This document shows, one piece after another, positions 40,165 through 51,897 of a stretch of 64,000 nucleotides of DNA. The notes under the pieces are model-generated. The model was not told the DNA's origin, did no database searches, and saw only the letters and a program-made list of their open reading frames with translations. Position 1 is the stretch's first letter; every line of letters starts with the position of its first letter. The stretch is taken from the NCBI RefSeq assembly GCF_964213995.1, contig NC_135813.1, positions 94,612,001 to 94,676,000 of the forward strand. The letters are read 5' to 3'. The DNA comes from Mustelus asterias (lineage: Eukaryota). The translations under genes and the position numbers were made by a program.

Positions 40165-40622
40165 CAAGTACTGCTGTCTCAACACCAGGGACCCTGTTCA
40201 ATTCCTGGTTGGGAAAACTCAGGTCTGTGGGAGGAAATCAGGGCACCCAGAGGAAACCCACACAGTCAAGGGGAGAACGTGCAGACTCTCATAGAGAGTC
40301 ACTCAAACCAGGAATCGAACCCAGGTCCCTGGTGCTGTGAGGCAGCAGAGCTAACCACTGTGCCACTGTCCCACCCACAGGCTTGGGTCACTGCATGTGT
40401 GGAGTCTGCACATTCTCCCCGTGTCTGCATGGGTTTCCTCCGGGTGCTCCAGCTTCCTCCCAGTCCGAAAGACGTGCTGGTTAGGGTGCATTGGCCATGC
40501 TAAATTCTCCCTCAGTGTACCCGAACAGGCGCCGGAGTGTGTGGCGACTAGGGGATTTTTCACAGCAACTTCATTGCAGTGTTAATGTAAGCCTACTTAT
40601 GACACTAATAAATAAACTTTAA
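40165..40622. mobile_element. Composite alternative-tail SINE with an internal inversion
   Basis: Plus head ~40165-40215, minus segment ~40222-40370, plus body ~40381-40622. Confidence 0.72.
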
Positions 40623-41039
40623 ACTAGACAACCCACACCTTTGATATGAACAAAAAGCAAATAGTTAACAGCTGAAGCCTGAGTTGGATGGAGGCCACAA
40701 GTTTGAGGAAGTGGGTGCTACGAATGGTTGGTTCTTTGTAGTAAAAAATCATGCGTTTTTGTAACACGGTTCCAAAGAGAGAGAGAGAGGAAGAGTGGGA
40801 CGAGAGGAAATGAAAGAACACAAACCGGTGCTGGATATTTCCTGACTGTATCCTGGACGGGTTGTAGTTTTTATGCATCTTTAGGTTCTCTCACTTCCTC
40901 TGTGTGTGTGTATTCGAGGACCGGGGTTTGTCTGCATTTCCTCCCTCACTCTCAGCACACTAAACCTCCGTTGTGTTTTTAAACTTTATTTTAAACAAGG
41001 GCCCATTCTCTGTTCCCCCCTCGCCCCCCCCCCCCCCAG

Positions 41040-41990
41040 TGGCTGGACTTACCGAGGACGCTGCAGTCGGCGCAGATGTCGTTACTCCTCAACCTTTTCG
41101 ACATGGACAGAGACAGTTGGTCAACTCTACCTTCCAATCTGGATTTTTAATACGCCCCTGAAGTAAAAAAAAAATTTTTTTTTTAAAAAAGGCTGAACTT
41201 TAATCGGACTTCAGTTCTGACGGGCCGGCTGCCATCGGCACCAAGTTAGCGCTCGGCGGCAGTTCCTGTCAGACTCGCCTCTGGCTCGAGCGGCTGGCAA
41301 ACGCCGAATGGCACCCTGGGATCTCGGAGGACCGCCCGGCGCCGCCCCCGCTGCCGCGCATGCGCCGGTGGACGAATCCAACACAGGAGTTGTAAGGAGG
41401 GGGGGCACTGAAATATTTAAATACAGTTTCAGGAGGAAAAGCCTTTTCTGTGGCATTTCTGCCCCCCAGAAAGTAATGCAAATTAGTTAAATTTGCAACG
41501 GGGTTGAATAAGGTCAGTCAAGACCTCATTTTGTCGGTTGTGGAGAGGGTCGTTATCAGCAGTGTTTACCCACTGGCAGCACATGCGACTTGAGTTTGGA
41601 CCGAACCACAGTGGCAGCGGGGTGGAGGGGGTGATGCTGGTGGCCAAATGGTTAATGGCTACAGAAAATGAAACAAAGTTTCAGGATCGCTCAGGGAGCA
41701 TTAATTGTAACTTCTCCGTCTGTAAGAGCGCAGCAGGGCGAAGTGACACTCAGATATTTAAAGAACTGGCAGTGTGTCTCCATCGCCCGCTCCTCTAGGT
41801 TGGGCGGGTTGCATTTCCTTTCTGTCTATCTCTTCCTGTGAAGTTTTTTTTTGGGGGAAGTTTTTAAGTTTTGTTTTGGTTTCTCTCCCCTCCCGCCGTC
41901 GCTGTTTCACTTCGGAGGGAGGGAGGGGGATTTGGGGGGGGAAACAGGTCGGGGGGTCCAGGGCAGGGTGAAGCTGAAAGGACTTTAGGA
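41040..41990. promoter_or_regulatory. CpG-rich bidirectional promoter and 5' UTR region between GIT2 and ANKRD13A
   Basis: Divergent ATGs at 41104(-) and 41990(+); high CpG density; NRF1-type palindrome GCGCATGCGC 41356-41365; GC box 41342-41347; octamer ATGCAAAT 41476-41483. Confidence 0.8.
41053..41104 (-). CDS. GIT2: GIT2 coding exon 1 (MSKRLRSNDICADCSVL/D), start of ARF-GAP zinc finger
   Basis: ATG at 41104; translation matches the GIT2 N-terminus MSKRLRS..CADC; 52 nt; GTAAG donor. Confidence 0.95.
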
Positions 41991-42082
41991 TGTCTTCATT
42001 GGAAGACATCAGGAGCAAATACAAACTTCACCTGCTGGTCTGGCACAATCAGTGCAGAGAAGCTGAGAAAGAGCTCAAACAG
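41990..42082 (+). CDS. ANKRD13A: ANKRD13A coding exon 1 (MSSLEDIRSKYKLHLLVWHNQCREAEKELKQ)
   Basis: ATG, LHLLVW motif of the ANKRD13 family, GTAGGT donor; head-to-head with GIT2 as in mammals. Confidence 0.9.
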
Positions 42083-42924
42083 GTAGGTCACTGATACTAA
42101 TGGGTAAGGACTTCCTTCATCCAGTGTAGGATCACAATCGGAAAGGATTTCAACTTCGCAGCAACTGTTGGAAACCACCCCCCCAACAGCTTCCTGTGAG
42201 TGTGTTTCCAGATGAAATTATTCTTTGGAGGCTATAACTGTCTTGAAGATCGAATTTTCTGAGCTGAAAATATCCAAGGCTTCACCATCTCGTAAACAAA
42301 CGGGTCCCCTCTCCGTTCAGTTATGTTACTGCAGTAGGGCGTGTTTAATATGCTCAGAGGGAGACGAGTAGTTAATTTAGAAAGCTGTTGGGCTGGAAGT
42401 TTTAGGGCCAACTTTTAAACACACCTTGAGGCAAGATTAGAGGAATTGCTCTTTCCTCAAGTTGAATAGTTGCATGGAAGATTGGGGATTGAATCGTAGA
42501 AATATGAGACCAACACGCATTCTCATCTTGATTTAAAATAAAAAATTCCCTATCATAAAATTTCCCTTATAAAAAAACAAGCAAAATACATTGCCTGAGA
42601 GAGGAATCTTGTCCCAAAGTTAAATCTTTATCTACTAGCTATTTACATTCCAAAGATGGGTGTGTTAGGTTGATTGACTATGCTAAGTTGATCCATAGTG
42701 TCAGGAGGACTAACGGTAAATAGGTGGGGCTACGAGGATAGGGGATGGGTGGGATTGTGGTCGGTGCAGACTCGGTGGGCTGAATGGCCTCCTTCGGCAC
42801 TCTAGGGTTTCTATGTATTCTTGTCATGTTTATGCAGAATGAGGTGGGAAGACAGGACAGTTCCAAAAACCATAAATTCCCCTCCGCTATTTATTAGGTT
42901 TTATTTTGTTTATTATGTTCAAAA

Positions 42925-43260
42925 TCATGATGGGTCTGGACAGATAGGGAGAAACTGTTCCCACTCGTAATAGGATCGAGGATGAGAGGGCACAGATTTA
43001 AAGTGATTTGTAAAGTAGCAGATGTGATGTGAGAAAAAACTTTTGCACACAAGGAGTTGTTTGGGTCTAGCATGCACTGCCTGGAAGTGGGGTGGAGTCA
43101 GGTTCAATCAAGGCACCAGGAGGGTATTGGATGTTTATGTGAATAGAAACGATGTGCAGGGGTACAGGGAAAAGGCACTAAGCCATAACGCTCACTTGGA
43201 GAGCCAGCGCAGACATGATGGGCCAAAGTCCTCGTTCTGTGTCGTAATAATTCTGTGATA
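42925..43260 (+). mobile_element. CR1 3' fragment
   Basis: ggagaaactgttcccactc..agagggcacagatttaaag; homology to other copies. Confidence 0.7.
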
Positions 43261-44027
43261 CTAAGAGGAATGGTACAAAATTATAATTAGTTCTACAATT
43301 ATATAATGGGAAATCTGTTTATTATTGAAACAGAAGGCAGATTCTGCCAATGTCGTTCATGATTTTAATTAATTATGTGTGTAACTGGTACTTCCATGTA
43401 TTTCCCTATTTCCCCACCATCAGAAGTTATTTTATTGTGATAAGGTCTGAATCATAACAACACATAAGTTAGCTTTTTCTCTGCCTAAATCAAGAAAAAG
43501 ATGTAAGTGATATATTGTTCCTTTTAAAAAAAAAAGCCAACACTTGAGGGTAAAATATAAATCCATAGTTCTATCTGCATTTGCATGATTATTTTGTTTC
43601 CCATCCAATTTTCTCCATTCGTGCTAATATTTTCTTTTTTGTCCCTTTCGATAATTGGAGGAATGGGAAATCGATCCAAATTTGTGTTAATGAATATTCA
43701 CAAAACACTGAATTAGAATACATATAGACACTGAGCTGTAGAGAGAGAGAGAGAAGTGGGACAAGTATTGTACCAGGGTCTTTAGGAAAGGTTTGAAAGT
43801 AGGAAGGAGGTAGCAAGATCGAGATACTGATTTGGGGAGCTGCAGAGTAGAAGAAGTCTATTTGGTGCTTCAAGAAGCAGTTGTCAAAGTTTCTAAAATA
43901 TTAGAAGGGCAGAGGGTAAGCACAGAGGTATAAACCTGAAAGGATCATGGAGATTGGAAGAAGCAAGGATGTGGAGAATTTGGATTTTACCCAGGTGTTA
44001 GACAAGGAGATGACTGGAGACATATCC

Positions 44028-44320
44028 ATGTGGCACAGTGGTTAGCACTGCTGCCTCACGGGGACCTAGATTTGATTCCCAGCTTGGGTCACTATGCGGA
44101 ATCTGCACATTCTCCCCGTGTCTACATGGGTTTCCTCCAGGTGCTTTGGTTTCCTCCCACAGTCTGAAAGATTTGCTGGTTAGATGCATGGCCATGCTAA
44201 ATTCTCCCTCAGTGTATCCAAACAGGCGCTGGAGTGTGGTGACTAGGGTTTTTTTTCACAGTAACTTCATTGCAGTGTTAATGTAAGCCTACTTGTGACA
44301 CTAATAAGTAAACTTAAACT
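44028..44320 (+). mobile_element. SINE with HE1 head and alternative tail
   Basis: Same tail as 40500-40622. Confidence 0.8.
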
Positions 44321-45093
44321 TTTTTTGATCTCACCCTGCTCACAATCTTTACCAGAAGGTGTTGACTACTTAGCCCCTTGGCATAACTGAAGAATCAAAC
44401 AGCACAAGGAGAGGCCATTATGTGCTGCATGCTGGTGCTAGTTCCATGAAAGAGCCATCGATGTTCCACCACACTGCTCATTCCCTATATCCCTGTATCT
44501 TTTCCTTCAACTTTATATCCAATTCCCTTTTGAAAGCTACCATTAAATCTGCTTCCACATCCTTTCAAGAAATGCACCCTAGATCATAACTTGCTATTTT
44601 TAAAAACAAAATCTTCTCATCTCCCCTCTGGTTCATATTAAATAGTTATATTAAATGTGTGCCCTCTGGTTCCTAACCATCCTGGTGGTGGAAACAGTTT
44701 CTCTCTATTTGCTCATCAAAACTCCATATCATTTGGGCCATCTCCCTGTAGCACCCCTGCTCTAAGGAGAATAATCAGAACTTTTCCAGTCTCTCCACGT
44801 AACTGAAGTCCATCATCCCTGATACTATTCTAAGAACTTTCCTCTGAAATCCTTCCTGAAGTAGAGAGCCCAGAATTACACAGGAAAATCCCTTGCTTTT
44901 GTACCCTATGGCTCTCTTCATAAAGCTTTGGGTCTGATGTGCTTTATTTAACAGCCTGATCAACTAATCTTGCTACCCTCAAAGGGTTTCTTTAATGAAA
45001 CTTTCAAGTCTGTCTGTTCCTGCACCCCATTTAAAATGATACAATTTAATTTATATTGCCTTCATTTTCCCTTCCAAAATATCTAATTTCATA

Positions 45094-45282
45094 AAAGCAA
45101 ATTACTGCAGATGCTGGAATCTGAAACCAAAAGAGAAAATGCTGGAAAATCTCAGTAGGTCTGGCAGCATCAAAAGGAGAGAAAAGAGCTGATGTTTCGA
45201 GTACAGATGACCGTTTGTCAAAGTTGACAAAGCTTTGACAGATACTGCCAGACCTGCTGAGATTTTCCAGCATTTTGACATA
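45094..45282. mobile_element. Fold-back element of the second Penelope-like family
   Basis: Inverted arms (aaaatgctggaaaatctcag..gtctggcag / ctgccagacc..ctgagattttccagcatttt); TSD TAATTTCATA 45084-45093 and 45283-45292; degenerate hammerhead TTGACAAA..CTCGAAACATC on minus. Confidence 0.7.
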
Positions 45283-45638
45283 TAATTTCATATTTTGCTG
45301 CAGTAAATTTCTTCTGCATATGTCTGCCATTTCTCCATTCCTAATATGTCCTTGTGAAAACTGCTACTATCCTTCCTGAGTTTTTTTTGTTATCTGCACT
45401 TTTTGAAATTATGTAAGCCCTTCATATCCAAATTCAGGTTGTTAATATATATCTTTAAAAAACGGAGTGGTCTTCAATAATGATCCCTGGGGACACAACT
45501 TCAAACTTCCCTCCAGCCTCCTTCCTGTCTCTTGGCCAAAGTTGTATCCACACTGTCACTGCTCCCTTTGATCCATGGAATTCAATTTTGGTGACAAGTG
45601 TATTATGTGGTGCTCAAACCCCAATTAAAAGTCAATAT

Positions 45639-47825
45639 TGTGACGTTACTGTGCCTTTAAGAAAAGTATTTTAATCATGTGTCTCTAGCAGTTCTTTTAA
45701 GAGGGCCTGGCCTTTTGTGATTGTTGCCATACTGTCTGTGCGGTTATATTTTATGGTTGCTGTAGCAGGATAATTGCAACAATGTTTATTTATAATCTGG
45801 GCCTAATGCAATGTCTTGGTCAGGTGGTTCCTTCCCAGAGAAATCTCAGCGTTACTTTCTGTTTGGAGCTGTTAGGACTCCAGACGGCAAGCAGTGTGTT
45901 TCTGCCTCTCTCCCTGTTATTGGAAATTTGGCTCTTGTTGCTGACTAGCTAATAGCTAGAGGCAAGGAATGCCTTTGCCTCTCAAAGTGTGAGAGGCAAG
46001 TCCCAGGGCCGGAAGGCCTCAGTGTTTTCAACTCAACATACAAAGGAGTAATCCACAGCAGGGTTTGGAAAGCTGCAAAGTCTAACATCACATGAGCATA
46101 CTTACTTTCTGTGCTAAACCTAAGTATATTTGTATGTGGTCCCGTTGTTTAAGAAGGGTAGCAGGGATAACCCAGGAAATTATAGGCCGGTGAGCTTGAT
46201 GTCCGTGGTAGGGAAGTTGTTGGAGAGGATTCTTAGAGACAGGATGTATGTGCATTTAGAACGGAACAATCTCATTAGTGACAGACAGCATGGTTTTGTA
46301 AGAGGGAGGTCGTGCCTTACAAATTTGGTGGAGTTTTTTGAGGAAGTGACAAAAACGGTTGATGAAGGAAGGGCCGTGGATGTCGTCTATATGGATTTCA
46401 GTAAGGCATTTGACAAAGTCCCACATGGCAGGTTGGTTAAGAAGGTTAAGGCTCATGGGATACAAGGAGAAGTGGCTAGATGGGTGGAGAACTGGCTTGG
46501 CCATAGGAGACAGAGGGTAGTGGTCGAAGGGTCTTTTTCCGGCTGGAGGTCTGTGACCAGTGGTGTTCCGCAGGGCTCTGTACTGGGACCTCTGCTATTT
46601 GTGATATATATAAATGATTTGGAAGAAGGTGTAACTGGTGTAATCAGCAAGTTTGCGGATGACACGAAGATGGCTGGACTTGCGGATAGCGAAGAGCATT
46701 GTCGGGCAATACAGCAGGATTGCTGGAAAATTGGGCGGAGAGGTGGCAGATGGAGTTTAATCCGGATAAATGCGAAGTGATGCATTTTGGAAGAAATAAT
46801 GTAGGGAGGAGTTATACAATAAATGGCAGAGTCATCAGGAGTATAGAAACACAGAGGGACCTAGGTGTGCAAGTCCACAAATCCTTGAAGGTGGCAACAC
46901 AGGTGGAGAAGGTGGTGAAGAAGGCATATGGTATGCTTGCCTTTATAGGACGGGGTATAGAGTATAAAAGCTGGAGTCTGATGATGCAGCTGTATAGAAT
47001 GCTGGTTAGGCCACATTTGGAGTACTGCGTCCAGTTCTGGTCGCCGCACTACCAGAAGGATGTGGAGGCATTAGAGAGAGTGCAGAGAAGGTTTACCAGG
47101 ATGTTGCCTGGTATGGAGGGTCTTAGCTATGAGGAGAGATTGGGTAGACTGGGGTTGTTCTCCTTGGAAAGACGGAGAATGAGGGGAGATCTAATAGAGG
47201 TGTACAAGGTATGAAGGGTATAGATAGGGTGAACAGTGGGAAGCTTTTTCCCAGGTCGGAGGTGACGATCACGAGGGGTCACGGGCTCAAGGTGAGAGGG
47301 GCGAAGTATAACTCAGATATCAGAGGGACGTTTTTTACACAGAGGGTGGTGGGGGCCTGGAATGCGCTGCCAAGTAGGGTGGTGGAGGCAGGCACGCTGA
47401 CATCGTTTAAGACTTACCTGGATAGTCACATGAGCAGCCTGGGAATGGAGGGATACAAACGATTGGTCTAGTTGGACCAAGGAGCGGCACAGGCTTGGAG
47501 GGCCGAAGGGCCTGTTTCCTGTGCTGTACTGTTCTTTGTAGGGGTTTGTTTGATTGGAACAGTACATTTAGCTGTTAAGTATATACAATATCATTGTTGT
47601 TTCTTTTCTTGTTTGTAATTGGTAAAAGTTATTGCTAATTGTCTTATTATATGTTAACTTTATTCTTCAATAGACTTTGTTTGATAGAAGCTCTCTTGTG
47701 GGTCATTTGAATCATGCCCAGAGTGAAACATCTTGTGCTTGTCCATGCCAAAGTTCAAAGTACAAAATTTACGATCGAGGCTGACTTCATAAAATACTTG
47801 GGAGTTTCTGACCTGGATTATAACA
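45639..47825 (+). mobile_element. Solo LTR (Gypsy-like, TG...CA) interrupted by the young CR1
   Basis: Starts TGTGACG, ends TATAACA; 4-bp TSD ATAT 45635-45638 and 47826-47829; flanks rejoin as an older minus-strand CR1. Confidence 0.7.
46135..47534 (+). mobile_element. Young 5'-truncated CR1/HER1 LINE (RT domain plus 3' UTR)
   Basis: NYRPVSL, QHGF, DFSKAFDKVPH, GVPQGSVLGPLLF, FADD; frameshifts near 46720 and 47210; TSD TTTGTA 46129-46134 and 47535-47540. Confidence 0.93.
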
Positions 47826-48574
47826 ATATACACATCAATCACACTAGCCTTATCTACCTTCTCTATTACATAATATAACTCAATGACATTTGACAGGGAC
47901 AATTGCCTTTAATAAATCTGTGCTAGCTTTTATTTATTAACCAGTGTTTCTCCATGTGGCAATTGAGTGTGTCTCAGATTATTGTCCTTAAAAGTTTCCC
48001 CACCATTATACTTATTGGGTTCATCCCTTCCCCTTTTCAGCAGTGGTGTAATATTTGAAGCCATCCAGCCTTTAGGCACCATTCCCATATCCAAGGAGGA
48101 TTTTAGCAATATGGCTATTTCCACCCTCAAAAACTTGCGATGTCTCCCATCTGGTAACATTTCTTCTTTGAACAACCTCTTATAAAGTTCTTGTTCCTTT
48201 GTCTCTTTATCCTTCAAGTGTCTTTGCCAAAGGGCTCTAAGTTAGACGTGAGCGTAAACTGTGAGTGTGAACACATTATGAGAGAGTGAAGGAACTTGCA
48301 ACTGATCTTGAGCAAATCCTTAGCGAACCTCAGCACATGCACATATATTTTGAACAGGAGTCACTGAAAAGTGCTCTGAATATGACTTTTTAAATTCACC
48401 CAGCTTGAGACCAATAATTTCTTTTGATGCCTCCCATAGGTCAGGTTTCACTGCCTTATCTGATATCTGCTAACTCAAAACAGACCAGGGACTAAACCTG
48501 AACCTTTCCTAGTTCGTGGATCCGTGCCACATTTGTACACTGAGCCATTTTCAAAATCTTCATCATATCATGGG

Positions 48575-48860
48575 ACGGCACGGTGGCACAGTGCACTGCT
48601 ATCTCTCAGCACCAGGGACCTGGGTTTGATTCCCGGCTTGGGTCAGTGTCTGTGTGGAGTCTGCACATTCTCCCCGTGTCTGCGTGGGTTTCCTCTGGGT
48701 GCTCCAGTTTCCTCCCACAGTCCAAAAGACATGCAGGTTAGGTGCATTGACCCGAACAGGCACTGGAGTGTGGCAACTAGGGGATTTTCAGAGTAACTTC
48801 ATTGCGGTGTTAATATAAGCCTGACTTGTGACAATAAATAAATAAACTTAAACTTTAAAC
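48575..48860 (+). mobile_element. SINE with HE1 head and alternative tail
   Basis: Same tail; ends just upstream of ANKRD13A exon 2. Confidence 0.8.
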
Positions 48861-48888
48861 ATACCTAACTATCATTTTGTCCACACAG

Positions 48889-49024
48889 CATGATATTGAA
48901 GCAGTTGATCCACGGGGCCGGACTCCGTTGCATCTCGCTGTCTCACTGGGACACTTGGAATGTGTCAACATGCTGCTTCGGAACAATGCCTCTGTCGACA
49001 AGGAGAATGCCAAGGGATGGACAG
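48889..49024 (+). CDS. ANKRD13A: ANKRD13A exon 2 ([45 protein letters not shown])
   Basis: AG/GT boundaries, 136 nt, ankyrin repeat. Confidence 0.94.
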
Positions 49025-49642
49025 GTCAGGAACGCTTAGTAGCAAAGCCAACATAAGGCACAGAACCAAATACAATGTCGGATATGTGGGGACTGGGGAG
49101 AGCCTCCTGAGGAGGAAATGGAGGAGGGAAGCACCATTTTCACAAGAAAGAAAAAGAGGCAAGACTGGCAAAGGCTGAGAAAGAGTCAAGGAAATTTTTT
49201 AAAAATTCAACTCATTGCTGCCATATGGTGCCCTGCTTTTCCCTCCCTTTTGTATATTTTTTTGCCTCGCAACCTGTGAGAAAGTGCTTAGCATCTGACA
49301 TAACAGGAAAGGCTGAAACTTGTCATGTGAGGAACTGAGCATTTTACGCCACATCCTAACAGTCTGTGGTTGAGTAGTAGTACTGCAATAAAGCAAACGC
49401 CCCGAGAAGTGGAAGGTTTTCTTCTGTCCTTAGCAGGACGTACATTAATTCTAGCACAAGCGCAAAATACCACTGGAAAAGCAAAACAAAACTAACTCTG
49501 GCAGCCTAACTAAGCAGACCTGAATTTAGATGTTTCTGAAGACAATTGACTTGCTTCTTTGGGTTCATCAGCAGACCTATTGTTTTTGAATTGATGTCTT
49601 TTCGCCCTTCTTTAAGGCAGGAGACGAACTGTTTAGCTCAAC

Positions 49643-49950
49643 ATAAAATCCTTACAGTGCCGAGGGAGGCCATTCGGCCCATCTGGTCTGCACTGACCCT
49701 CTGACAGATATTTGACCCTGCACCCCCCCATCTCCCAAATCTGCCTAATCTACACATCTTTGGACACTAAGGGGCGATTTAGCATGGCCAATCCACCCAA
49801 TCTGCGCATTTTGGACTGCGGGAGGAAACCGGAGAAAACCCACGCGGACACGGAGAATGTGCAAAGTCCACACAGACAATCACCCGAGGCTCAAATCGAA
49901 CCTGGGTCCCTGCCGCTGTGAGGCAGCAGTGCTTGACACTGTGCCGCCCT
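49643..49950 (-). mobile_element. HE1-type SINE
   Basis: Reverse complement of the HE1 consensus seen elsewhere in the window. Confidence 0.83.
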
Positions 49951-51772
49951 CTCTCCAGGAGTGCCGATCACAACAGAACAATAGATTTTTTCACTTTATT
50001 ACCTTTTTACAGAGAAGCTGTAACAAGCTATTTACTAAGAGTTGCATGAGCAGCAGTGCATTGTAAAATATCACTATGACAACTTACTTTTGGGTGGTAT
50101 CTTCAATGAAAAAAAAATTATTTGGCAGCGAGGGCGAAAATAATTTAGATGAAAGGGTCATCAAATGGATACAGAACCATAGTGGAAGAGTTAGCAGAGG
50201 GGGTATGGTGGAAAAGCTGAGTTTTTAAGAGTTGCAAGAGTTCAGGGAGAGATTCGAGGAAGGGCTAAGATGGCACAAGGTTCTCCCAGCAGTAGGGGAA
50301 CCAAAGGGAGGAGGATTCTCAAAAACTTGACATTGGAAGACCCCAGGGAGTAATTGAGCTGGAGACAGCTGCAGAGTTTGGTAGGCCAAGGACCTGGAGG
50401 GATTTGAACATGAGCATTTTAAATTGGTTGCTTTGGGAGACAGGGAGCCAGGGGATATCAGCAAGGATGGGTGAGGGGCATGTGGTTTGACACAGGATAT
50501 GGTTAGGTGAGTTTAGGATAATTTGGAATTTGGGTGGCGGATGGGAGGCCAGCAAGGTGTACATTGGAGAAATCTAATCTAAAAGTGTCTTGCGGACTGA
50601 GGTAGAGATGGAGTGGGATGATATTGTGGAATTAAAATTAACCAATCTTCATGATGGAGAGATGTGGGGTTTGAACTTGGATAGAAGTTGGATAGCAGGT
50701 CGGGTGTTCAACTCAAGTGAGTTGTTAGGAGTTGGGTAGCAAGGAAGTGGTATTTAAGGCAGTGGCTGAAAAGTCAGGAAATTACCTAGAATCCATATTG
50801 ATTGGATTAATTTCCAGTTTTCTTCCCCTTACATTTGTTTCCCTCTTCTGAAGATGCTGGGGTAGATTATTGACTTGACATCCAGACATAAAACTGGCAT
50901 TGTGGATCAGCCACTCGACTTCTCATTTTGATTCAAAGTGGATGAACCCAGTCCTGTCCAGCAGCAATGAGTGGGGATTGCCCAAGGGGTAGTCCATTTA
51001 AGACAGAGATGAGAAGGACTTTTCTCAGAGGGTAGTGAATCTGTGGAATTCTTTACCATCGAGGCTGAGTCATTAAGTATGTTCAAGGCTAAGATAGACA
51101 GATTTTTAATCAGTAAGGGAATCATGGGTTATGAGGACAAGGTAGGAAAGTGTTGAGGATTATAATATCAGATCAGTCATGATATCATTGAATGGCGGAG
51201 AGACTCAATGGGCCAAATGGCCTACTTCTGCTCCTCTGTCTTATGGTCTTATTAGGGAATCCTAGTTGACTCTATTCCCTGACTCATGCGCCAGGGCCCG
51301 ATTGTAATGTGCCAACTGCTGCCTCAGCAGCAATAAATATCTTGGTGCCGAGAAGATATGAGGACCAATTGTAAAGGATGCCACATTGGCATAAAACTCT
51401 TGAGCTCTCCTCTCGTTGCTTCAGGAAATTCCACCAGCCCTCAAATCCCGCAGATTTCTGTGCTTCTCTACTTGTGAAACCTTGCACATTTTTAATTGCT
51501 CCACCAGCCACGTCTATTTTTTCAGCTTTGACAAAGCTTTTAGTCATCTGTCCTAATGCTTCTTTGTGGTTCAGTGTCAAAGTTTGTTTGCCAGTGCTCC
51601 TGTGAAGCATCTTGGGATGCTTTACTGCATTAAAGATGTTATTTAAATCCAAATTTTTTTGACACCATGGACGGTAGAAGGTACAAATCTTGTCTCTCCT
51701 TTCTTGTGTTAGAGGATCTTGTAAGTACATTCTCAATCACTAATAATTGGTTTAACATTTCATTTTCTTCAG

Positions 51773-51897
51773 TTCTACAAGAGGCAGTCAGCACCGGAGA
51801 TCCTGAGCTGTTGGAGAAAGTTCTTCAGTATCGAGATTACAATCGAATAAATTCACAGCTGAATGGAGTTCCAGAACTCCTCAGCAAGATACAAAAG
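51773..51897 (+). CDS. ANKRD13A: ANKRD13A exon 3 ([42 protein letters not shown])
   Basis: AG/GT boundaries, 125 nt. Confidence 0.94.

Noticed and set aside
51690-51726. Pyrimidine tract, AG, 6-8 nt and GTAAGT upstream of ANKRD13A exon 3, resembling a microexon
   Set aside because: The downstream intron would be only 52 nt, below the usual vertebrate minimum; no other support.
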